From NCBI GenBank assembly GCA_964035545.1, contig CAXIUT010000297.1, forward strand, positions 1-32,028: a stretch of 32,028 nucleotides of DNA, in the 5' to 3' direction. The notes under the pieces were generated by a model, which ran no database searches, was not told where the DNA came from, and worked only from the letters and a program-made list of their open reading frames with translations. A program made the position numbers and the translations under genes. Source of the DNA: Bugula neritina (taxonomy: Eukaryota > Animalia > Bryozoa). Positions 1 through 10,785 of the stretch are shown piece by piece (position 1 is the stretch's first letter; each line of letters begins with the position of its first letter).

Positions 1-81
1 CCCAACCCCAACCCCAACCCCAACCCCAACCCCAACCCCAACCCCAACCCCAACCCCAACCCCAACCCCAACCCCAACCCC
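1..81 (-). repeat. Left telomere, (CCCCAA)n, 81 bp
   Basis: CCCAA+(CCCCAA)12+CCCC at the very start of the window. Tetrahymena-type C4A2 repeat. Confidence 0.98.
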
Positions 82-152
82 TGAAAAAATGTCATTTTAA
101 TTATATATTAAATATATCATTTCTATCATTACTATTATTATATCTATAGTTA

Positions 153-2000
153 ATGGGTAATCAACATCATGATATGTAACAATTCAATTCCAGAAATTGG
201 CTTTAAGTTAGTAGTACTAACAATTTAGTTACTCTTTGGGAAAACAGAACTAATAGAAATTTTCATATTGAAGAACATAGAATCAACACTCTTGATAAAA
301 ATTAGCTCAATTTAGAAGAAGAACTATATTATAAAAGAAAAAATCATTCGAGATGGGTAGCAGCTCTCTATTTCTCAGAAGAGAGTTCAGAATAATTTTG
401 TGTTTCTCGATCTCAAGCACATCTATTTCTATAAAAAATACCTATTAGATTATCTGATCTCAAAGATCTACCTCTCTATGATGCTATCCATGCCTATGAT
501 CAGTGTCTACAAGGTTTTTCGTAATTTTCTCAAATTTATGGTCATTTCCGAGTTCATCCTTAGTATATTGGAGTCAATGAGAAAGGAGTTGTTAAAGTTT
601 GGGCAGGATAGAAGTGGTCCCAGGTAGGAGTAATAGGAGGAAAAATCAGTGAACAAGAAATGGTGAGAAGTATTGTAGATTGCGTGTAAGGCCGAATCGA
701 TCATAGTACTATTCCACACCACTAACATTCAATTAGCAACTATCTCTATCGACATACAGATTCGCTTAACTTCAACAAGGCCATTATATAACTCAGATAA
801 TTTGCTAATATCTACAATGGAGGAGTTATTCCTAATCATCTTACAAGTTTATTTGAGTCGAATCATTTTGAAGATTTGATGGATCCTTTGAGTAGAAGCA
901 GTAGAGATGCTTATCTCAACCAAACTCAACATCAAAGACCATTTATTCCGAACTATTAAGGTCAAGTGACTTCGAATAAAGTTGAAAATAATTATAGAAG
1001 AGTAAATAATAATCAAGATAATGTAATGGTCAGAAGAAATAGTTAAGAAGATAAAAAGAATGCTTTGAAAAGAAGCGAAGGAAGAGATATGACGAACAAT
1101 AGATAACTAGAGAGAAATAAATACTAAACAAGAGGTCAAGCACTGCACCCAATGCAAACAAACACCTTATTTTCAAGACCTCCCACCCAAAAAGTTAATA
1201 ATCAAGTGAATTTTTTAAATAATCAACCTAAATTTCAAGCAAATAATTTAACTCACAACCAAATCAACAATAGAATCTAAAATGGAACAAAAAGGCCTCA
1301 AATAAATATCCTAACTCAACCACAACAACAACAACCACAAAATATTCAAATTATAAATCAACATAATAATAACCCTTCGATTGGATCATATCCATCAAGT
1401 TTAGTAAACACAGCAAGACCTCAAACTTCTTCGACTCTTCCACAAATTAGAATAGCTCCTCCTGCTTCAGCTCATACTCAAGAAAGATCATCTTTGATAA
1501 GTATGCCTCGACAGCAGCAAAACCGATCACTTTCAGCACTTCCTAAACAATAAACTCGTCCTCAGGCTCCTTCTCAATATCAAGAACAAGAGAGTATCAT
1601 TATGAAGCTATATACTTCTTAAAAAGACAATCCGAAAGTTCAGTTTGGAAATGTGAGACGAACTGATAGTATTCATGAAGATACAAGTAAAAAATTTTAA
1701 TCTACAACTGTAATCAAAGAATCTCAATCCAATAGAATGCTTGGTGTTCCTAATTATACGTCTCCTAATCTATCTAAACCCGATCTCTCATCAATTGCAT
1801 AACTAAGTGCATAAAACTATAGAAACTAAAGTCTTCCCTATAATGCCAGTAGACCATATCTATAAACAAATTCAAATAAGTAACAACATTTATATAACTC
1901 AAGTCATAAAGCTGACCCGGCTAATCTCAATCCAAATGATGGCAAATCATCACAATAACTGCTGAACTATCTTAGATCATTCTCAAATAAGCAAAATTGA
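153..2000 (+). CDS. Hypothetical protein, 615 aa. N-terminal MGNQ (possible myristoylation), degenerate kinase-like N-domain, long N/Q/P/S-rich low-complexity tail
   Basis: Uninterrupted ORF ATG153 to TGA2000 with TAR=Glu. YIGVNEKGVVKVW resembles kinase subdomains VIb-VII but HRD and DFG are absent. Confidence 0.75.
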
Positions 2001-2032
2001 TATTAATGAAATCATTAAGAAATATTTATAGA

Positions 2033-4422
2033 TCATTTTATCTTCTATTCAAGAGAATTCATCTAGGCACGTAAAACTGTTACATCACCAGCTGCTTTTT
2101 CAGCTATCTTTTAAGTATCATTCATCCTTGATTCAATATTGTCAAGATCTTACTAAACTTTCTTTAATTTATCAGCAGATATGGAATTTCCAGCTGCATT
2201 GGAATCAGCTCTGAGGTTATTGATTTTTATTGTTAATTAGTTAAGTTGTTCTTATAGTTATTTTTATTTTTATACATTTCTGTCTATTTTCAGTGTTAAT
2301 TTATTTTATACGTTTTGAATATCATCTCTTTATCTTCTTTAAACATCGCTAATATCTTTTCTTATTTATTGGAATTCTGTTTAGCTTTATATTTTGATTT
2401 CCTATGTTATTTTTTTAACTAAATTACTATAAAATTACTATCGAAAACGATATTTTGAAGACGTTTCATTTATTACTAATTCTGTGCAGAATCTGATCCA
2501 CCCAACCCAGATATCTTCTTATTCAACAAATCTTTATTATCTTCGATACCTGCTTTCAACAACTAGAAATATTGATTCGTGTATTATTCCAATTTACTGA
2601 CTCTAACAGTAAGATCATTATTTTTCTTGAAAACAACAGTTTATACAAATTATTTCTCCTATTTCAATCTGACCTATAAATCATTATAAAACTAATCGAT
2701 CTATCCATTTACTTCATTTTTTAATTTATCAAAATCTTATTCTATAGCTGTCAATCTCCCTTCTACGTTCTTTCGATTTTGTTATGTATTTTGTAAATGA
2801 TTTTTTAGTTGTTATGCTAATTTAGTAAACACACCTTTCATTTTACTGTATTTTTATGTTACCACATCGACTACTTTTTTTACTTCAGAATCGACGTAGT
2901 GACTCAATTGACCTGCCCTTTATGCTGATTCAGAAGATACCTATCTAACTGCATGTGTTAACTTTTTATTTGAGGTAGATAAGGCTTCTTTCAAATTGTT
3001 TACATCATTTACTATCTAATGAGCGATATTTGATGTTAGTTTCTTTAGATCTAATTGGGTTGTTAAACGTACCTAGATTTATGATTTTATCATTTCTGTT
3101 ATTTTTTATACTAGATCGCTTTGATGGTTTTTATATAAATCATATTATTTTCTTAAGTTTTATTGTACACGTCTGATTTATCCTCTCATTACTGTTTCTT
3201 GTTCTTTTCGTTTTACTCCTTATCCTTGTAATTCAGTCATCATACTTCTGAATTGATCTTACATGGCTCGATGTAAAGATCTGATACTTTATTATTTTTT
3301 TATTAGTTAATTTCTGACTAAAGCATCCATGGTATCATATTTAGCTTTATTTTACATTTTTTAACTCATTTGTTTTTAGTGGATAACTCTTTATCTTAAA
3401 TCTAGATTCTTTTTTATTTAATCTTGAGATCTCATACGTTAGTCATGTTCCTGCATAACTTTATTAACCATCTAATGTACTCTATTTTAAAGTCTACTTT
3501 GAAAATCACTTTGCATATTTCTTAACAACAACTGCAAATCCTAACTAGTTCTATCATTCTGAGCAAGTAATTTAGCAATAGCTTCTTTATCTTTAACTTG
3601 TTCTTTTCCCAACATCAATAAATTAGATTATGATGTATTCAATCTCATCATCAACTTCTCACCTAATTCATTCAATACATCACTACCTGATGAGGTCCTT
3701 TGTGATACTACTTTTAAATTTTTGTCAGCATTTGATAGCTTGTTCTAGAGATCATGGTATTTTGATTAATATGATTTACCTATTGTGTTTACATAGTCGT
3801 TCATCTTCTATACTGTGTCTCCCAATCTGACAACTTACATGAATAGAACTGTGCTCTTTTATTTTTATTTGTTTAGTAGTTGCATCGATTATGCTGAATT
3901 TCTCTAGCCTGATAAACTCTTCAAAGCTGATAATTCAGTTGATTGATACTATTGTGCTCTCCGAACATCTTTTATGGTTTCTTTCATGGCAACTAGATCA
4001 GCTGAAAGCATAGCGGAGTTATCTATTTTAGGAACTTCTTTCATTACGAAATTTTAGAGTTAGTTCAAACGAATCATCATCTTACTTTACAAATTTGTAT
4101 GTCTTTCTTAGTAATATCTTACTATTTGATCTAACCTTACCTTTAGTGACTCAACTTGCCCTGAATCTCCATCACGGCTGTTCGCTCTTGGTTAGTATGG
4201 AGTCATTCTGCGAGGTTGTCTTGTTTGTTAGTCAGGAGGGGTGAATGCTTACTAGATAGGTATTTCTTGTCTGATTTACTGTCTTTATCTGGAAGGTGGT
4301 TGTTGGGGAAGACTGTTTGGAGGGATGCCTGGTAGCACTCGTTTGGGTTGGTTGATTGGTTCTAGAGGTTAATAACGAAGCAAATTAGCAATGTTTCGAC
4401 TGTTATTACTGCCAAGGGACAT
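2033..4422 (-). CDS. Long coiled-coil protein, ~789 aa, Pro-rich N-terminus
   Basis: ATG4422 to TGA2033 with TAR=Glu. One 20-nt intron (2419-2438, GTAATTTTATAGTAATTTAG on the minus strand) restores the frame. E/K/L/Q heptad-like composition. Confidence 0.8.
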
Positions 4423-4601
4423 TTTAGAACTTAAAAATTATATAACCGAATTTCATCAGTGTTCATTTCTAGTTCTAACATCACAATAATAAAAATCAAT
4501 GAACCTGATTTATTAATATTGTTGATAATGAAAACAATATTCCTATAAAGTAATTATTTTATTTAAACTTATATTAACAAGAATCACTGCATTTATAATC
4601 A

Positions 4602-5894
4602 ATGATTAATAACAACCCTTATAACATTCCAGAAAGACCTCTCAAACACAAAAAAGTAATAGTTTAACCTTCCCAAACTCCACCTCTCTACCCCCATCAA
4701 ATCAATCGCACCACAGATTAACACTAACGAAAACAACAATTCCATAAAAGACCTCCTATTAACTGCTTCATTGCCAGCCAAGTCACTGATCCTAGAGCAC
4801 AATTCAACCAAACTCAAGTCATGAGTCAGCAGCCTTTGCAGATGAGCACTGTTAGTCAGTGGTAGAGTTTTTAGACTGGTCCTCAGATGTCAAGTCAAGG
4901 GTAGTTAACTGAAAAGCTATCATATTTGGTTTCTAAAATATAAGATCATTAAAGGAAACTATCATATTTAATGTAACCTAAGAAACAAGAGAGTTTGAAC
5001 AATATCCTTTCTTAGTCAATAACTCTATCACATTAGACTCAATCACAATTCGCCAGTAAGCAGCTATAAAAATACTCTTCTATGTAGTAAACTTGGGATA
5101 AGTTGAAGTAGTAGTTCAGTACAGTTCGTAGTCAGAATGAGAAGATGTAGGATTATGTGAAAAATGCTTTAAATTAACAGAAAAATACTATAACTAAAGA
5201 ATTGATAAGTAATTTTAGAGAGTGTTTGAAATAGAAATTCATGGAGTAGTAGATGAAGATATCTTAGTATTTAGGGGAATTTGCATCAGTTGAAAATCAG
5301 AAGTTGGTTATTGAGGTATAAGCTGTAAGACAGTAAATTAAATAGCATTAGGATAAGTTGTTTAATACTTTTTCTCATTTGTCAAAATAAAAATAAAATA
5401 CTACTATCATGCAGATATCTAACTTACAGTAACAAATATCACAACTTAACTTGATGCTGCAATAGCTGCAATCAAATTACAGAAATATCAAAGAAGAAGT
5501 CTTCGATGCTAATTTAGCGATTCAAGATCAAAAAAGATGGCTCTACTAATTAGATAATAACATAAAAACTATCAAAAACAAGAGCAAGAGCCAGCCAGCA
5601 TAGAATAACTAAATTATGACTTATCATTAATCTCACTAGGTAAAAGGAATGTTAAGAGTATCAAGTGATTACTGTTTGAAACAGGTAATGCATCTTTGTT
5701 ATTCTGAATATATAAGCATTGCTTAAAAATCAACAGAGCATTCGATAAAATCAATGTAGAGGACTTATTTGATAGACTAGTAGGGATATCTTTTGGATTC
5801 CAATCAGTTTTATATCATCGATAGTCATAATCAAAGGATAAAACTCTCATAATCTTAAATCATAAAACTCAAGTAGGCTGGAATGATCAAGTGA
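4602..5894 (+). CDS. Hypothetical coiled-coil protein, 430 aa
   Basis: Open ATG4602 to TGA5894 with TAR=Glu. C-terminus YLIDEEGYLLDSNQFYIIDSHNQRIKL. Confidence 0.72.
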
Positions 5895-5929
5895 TAGTTA
5901 TATTTTATTGACCAAAATAATCAATAATA

Positions 5930-6604
5930 TCAACGTCTACGACGACTAATAGCCTCGCTTTATGATTCTGTGCGAGGACGGATCTTTATGTATTCGTGTT
6001 ATGATGGCTAACTTGATTATTCTGTTAGTGTTGGATGGCTGGATTCTTCAGGTTACGATTATGATTACATTTTTGATAGTAATTGGCTTACACCTAAATT
6101 ATGGACTTGTTTTCTTAGTTTTTTGTGGGATTATTTCATTCTAGAACAATTACGGCTGATAGCTTATTCCTATTCTATATAATTCTTTTTAGCTATTCTT
6201 TTTTAATGTTATTGAAATTATTATTAAAGTTTATCTAATCTTTAACTTCTATCCCATAGCATTTTTTGTATTTAGATGACACATTTTTGTAAATTTTTAT
6301 TAACCTATTTTTAAGCTTTTATTTTTTTGCATATTCTCTCTCTACTTTACTAAATACTTTGATTTTTATTCATTCTTTTAGTCTTATTTGAAACGATAAT
6401 TGATTTATTGTCTTTTATTTTTCTGTTATCATGAGGAGAAATCATGTCAATATATCCATTAACTCGATCAACAAAGTTGTTACATTTTTTACTAGCCTTT
6501 TCAAGTATTTGTGATTTGAGGTTCTTAGAGAAGCTATATTGATTGAGATCTCCTCGATTTTATTTGTTTTGGCTGGAACCTTTCTATCTGATTGAACCTC
6601 TCAT
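5930..6604 (-). CDS. Hypothetical protein, 224 aa, basic/coiled-coil
   Basis: Open ATG6604 to TGA5930 with TAR=Glu. Fills the gap between its neighbours. Confidence 0.65.
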
Positions 6605-6722
6605 TATTCAAATTAAACTAATTCAAATAGAAGAATAGCTGTTATTATAACAATTAGTTATGATATTAATCTCATATTTATTATCAAATAAGAACAGCGA
6701 TAATATTTATTAAATATAGTCC

Positions 6723-8525
6723 ATGTCATAGTCATAAAAGTGTTGTAAATGCTGTTCATAATTTACAAATAGCAGTTTTCCTCATTTCCTTCTTTGCTCA
6801 CATAAAATATGTGATCCTTGTCTGACAGATTTAGTTAAAAAACACTAAAAAAACATCTTTTGTTAGTTCTGTCAAAAAAAATTGTCAACCAAAGATCTCT
6901 CTGATCAGCCAGTTATGGAAAATCCAGAAAAAGTGATTATCTAGCATGGTCAAATAAATACAATGAAACCTCCTCAACTACACGGATAAGAATGTGATAA
7001 TTTACTGGATGATGAACTTATTGATGAATAAGATTCTTCGTGCTAATAGTGCTAGGTTCATAGTGTGAGTAAGGATATAATTTGTATGACATAAAAGGTA
7101 AGGATATGTCCTCATTGTGCTCTTTTCGGTTAACATAGAGGTCATGTATTCAAAAGAGTTGAAGATCTAGAGTAAGAACTGAATGAGAAAGAGGTGTTAT
7201 TTAAAGAGATAATTCAGTAAAAATAGAATAATATACTTATAAATTCATCAATAAATATACTTTAACTTGTGACTAGTAAAATGAAGGAAAAGAAAAAGTA
7301 GCTGATTAAATAACTGTAAAATAATGTTGAGTTTTTTATATAATCTATCAAAAAAAGATAAAATCAAATCAAATAAGAAATCAATAACTACTTTATTGAT
7401 CTTTAAAAATAGTTTAGTTCAAGTGAAAATGTAGAGAAATGGACGAAGAGTAAATAAAGATTTTAAAGCTGGCAAAATAGATGTGTAAATGGTATCTAAA
7501 AACTTTAATAACTTAAAAGTACATAATAAAAAATAAACTTTTATATAAAATCACCTTTTGAGATAATCTCATCTGGTTCACTTTATCTCTAAGAAGTTAA
7601 TAGAATTCAAGAAAATATCTTTAATAAAGTTCAATAAAAAACATCTCTTAAAATGACATTCGATCAAACCTTTAGTAATAAAGTATAAAAGTCAATGCAA
7701 CTGATAATTCCAGGTATGAATTCTCAGAGTTCTACAGGAAGATAGCAAAATGATTAATTTAAAGATGGTAATCCTTTCTTGGATTGTAGTAGTTCTTAAA
7801 TAGGAATGCCTACTTCACCATTTAATCTCAATAATATCAGTATCGAAGCTTAAATTGTTTCTTTGACTAATTCAGTTAAATTTATAGGCTAAAATATTCA
7901 AAAACCTTAACAGAAAAAGACATAAGTTAAAGGTCTTTAACGATCATAAAAATTAAAACCTAATCTTAAGAAAAAAGGATACTATATACCTAAGACTAAT
8001 ACTAGTTTTGTTCCCAAAAATAATACAAAATTAACAAGTACTACTGAAGCAGTTAGTAGAAATTCATCAATGAAGATGCTAAAGGCAAGTCATAAATCAA
8101 TAGTTCTTGAAACAGAGCAAAGACATTTCGATTTGAAATAACCTGATAAACTGTTTGCAGATTTTATGAAGAGTACTTTTACTGATTTTTTGGATCTTTC
8201 CGACTGCAACTTACCCAATGATAAAATATCATAGTATGTGATTAGAGCAAAAAGAAGGCATAAACTAAAGGGTTTGAAATTGTGTTCAAACAGACTAGAT
8301 ACTTTAGGTTTTGACAAGTTGACATAATTTATAAAGGGGGTAACTAATGTAAATTTAGCTAATAATTTGATCAGCGAGCAGGTATTTGAGATAATAGTGA
8401 AGAACAGAGATAGGTTGGATTTGTTGAGGATGTTGAATTTATCACATAATCCTATAAATTTAGACAGGAAATCTAGGGGTAGATTATAGGAGGTAAAGAA
8501 GATGGGAGTGATAGTTATTTTATGA
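6723..8525 (+). CDS. RING + B-box + coiled-coil + C-terminal LRR protein (TRIM-like putative E3 ligase), 600 aa
   Basis: RING-type CCKC...LLCSHKICDPC...FCEFC. B-box CEVH...IC...ICPHCALFGEHRGH. E/K-rich coil. LRRs LDLSDCNL, LKLCSNRL, VNLANNLI, LNLSHNPI. Confidence 0.82.
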
Positions 8526-8588
8526 AGTATGATGTATATGTTGTATGATATATAAGTTGTAAACTATTTATAGCTGCAATAATATTAA

Positions 8589-9367
8589 ATGATCAACTAC
8601 ATAGCTGAATTTGATGACTATAAGTAAAAAATACCCTAGTTTATTGTTAAACTTTACCACATACTAGAAGTACTAATCAAACGATATAGGCTCGATAGTT
8701 TAGCTAGTACTTGAGTTGGAATGGTGATGGATAGATAGTGATAAGAAATGGCAAAAAGTTATAAGAGAAAGTGTTACCTCACTTTTTTAGACATAGACAT
8801 CTGTCATCTTTTGTCAGGCAGCTGAATATGTATAAATTTGGTAAGGTAAATAAACTTACTAAATAAAAAAATCATATGTATTTCAGAAATTAGCATTTCA
8901 AGCATGGTAATATGTATTTTTGATTGTTATTTAGAAAGGAAATGGTTAAAATCAGAAGAAATACAAAAAAACAAAAAATAATATAAAAATAAGAAAAAGA
9001 TGATTCCAACTTAATATAACATGTATCTTAGGTAGATCACAGTGAAATCAGCATTGATCGATAGCTATAAAAAAATGAATTTCAAGAGTATAAACAATAT
9101 GTGAAGCAAACCATTCGAGAATTGTCTCAGAATCTTAAAAAAATATAGTTCAACTATCCTCAGACTAAGCCAGAAATTGATAATGCTATTAATTTATGTA
9201 ACTAGATGATGGAAGGAGAAGAGATTCCTTAGCCTCAGAATAGTTTGATTCAGATTCAAAGTGAGGAAAATCATCAGAATAAGAATATGTTGACTACTAT
9301 GCGATTTTTACCTAGAATAGAGTCACTTATTCTTCCTTCTCAATGTAGTCTATACCATATTAATTGA
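8589..9367 (+). CDS. HSF-type DNA-binding domain transcription factor, 245 aa
   Basis: PEFIVKLYHILE...LSWNGDG...VLPHFFRHRHLSSFVRQLNMYKFGKV...FKHG. Introns 8670-8689 (20 nt) and 8914-8934 (21 nt, contains an in-frame TGA). Confidence 0.92.
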
Positions 9368-9510
9368 TCTGTTTTGCTTATTTTAGACAATTATTCGAAC
9401 CTTATCAAATCAATATTACCATATCTTAATTAAATCATTATTATGATTGATATCTAATGAATTTATTAATTATTTGACTTATTTATAGATATAATGAATC
9501 TTTACTATTT

Positions 9511-9780
9511 ATGTAATAGTAGTTGAGGAAGGATAAAGAAACTTCTAAATAGTAGTTATCGCATGGCATGAACCTCAATAAGGATGATAATGAGAAAGAA
9601 CTAAATATAAAAAATGTAGATTCATAGATAAATTCAGTAGTCCATCATGAGTAAACATTAGATTATGAAGATAGCGTAAGATAAGTGAAAAAGAGATATA
9701 GTATTTATTAAACTAATTTTTAATAACCCGAAATAAAGCTATCAACTATTTACGAAAGATGGATTTAAAACAGACAGTGA
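9511..9780 (+). CDS. Small hypothetical protein (~89 aa, may extend to ~9847 in another frame)
   Basis: ATG9511 to TGA9780 with TAR=Glu, E/K/N-rich. No recognisable motif and the 3' end is uncertain. Confidence 0.4.
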
Positions 9781-9903
9781 AACATCTAATCGGTTCATGA
9801 AAGAACTAAATGATTTGTATTTATAGTTAAAACTAAATAATAATTGAGCATATCAAATGAATTTATATTTATATGATTAATTGCATTAAATTTAGATATC
9901 TAT

Positions 9904-10707
9904 TCACAAAAACAAAAATAACCAACCTTTTGACTCAATCTTATAGCAAACATAAATATCAGTATCAAAAAAATAAACAAAACTAGCAACCTCATAAACG
10001 GATGGTATTTGTTGGACTAGTTAGACAAAAGTAGAATCATAATTGGAATCATTAAAAATGGTCGAAAGGACTTATGCTTATAATTATAACTATGGTAGGT
10101 TGTTGTTTTTAGGGAATGTTGCTTTGGCTGGGATTATTCCCTTCTTTAGCTAGATTAATATTGTTATTTTGATGATGAATGGGGGGTTTATGATTAGTCA
10201 TTTGGGAAATTAGGTTAAAAAGTTTTTAGGATTTATTAGTAAAAATCATTAAAGTAATCTTCTTTTGTTTTAAAAACCATAGTATTATCTTCAAATTAGT
10301 ATCTTTTCATATATTTAGTGTTAAAAAATCTACTCTTCCTTTCAATTTCTTCAATTACTATGGCTTTTGACTACTATACAATCTCACATATTGTCTGTCT
10401 CTCATGGTATATCTGTAATTTATTTACTATTTCTAGTTAATCTTTATAAAAAAGTTATTCCTCAACAATATTGGCCTCTTCTAATATCTATTATTATTGT
10501 TCTAAGTTTTAATATTTTTTTATCTCCCATTAGGTAGCTTTTGAATCCTTCAGCTACTGCTGAAATAGTCTAAAAAATATCGAAAGAATGATAGTTTATT
10601 CTTGGTGTATTTTATGATATTATTGCTAGAACATAAATATGTATTAATTTGTTTTAAGAGATTTCGATATTGATATTTTTTTGTTTGAAAATAGATTCTA
10701 ACTCCAT
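9904..10707 (-). CDS. Hypothetical protein with apparent homopolymer frameshift(s)
   Basis: Long TGA-free frame (…EWEIKKYENLEQEEEILEEANIVEEELFY…). A plausible start (10707) and end (…KGWLFLFL*, 9904) require shifts at the T7 run (10676-10682) and G6 run (10181-10186). Confidence 0.45.
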
Positions 10708-10785
10708 TTTATAACTAAGTTTTTACAATAAGATTTAAAAAGTTCTATTTGCCTATTAAAATATAAGTTTTTTAAATCAAAGTGA

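Noticed and set aside
2501-2508. Short internal telomere-like sequence CCCAACCC
   Set aside because: About one repeat long and encodes Gly-Leu-Gly on the minus strand, so it is a chance match.
9918-9932. ATAACCAACCTTTTG resembling the Tetrahymena chromosome breakage sequence
   Set aside because: Three mismatches to the consensus as I recall it, lies in probable coding DNA, and is not near a telomere.
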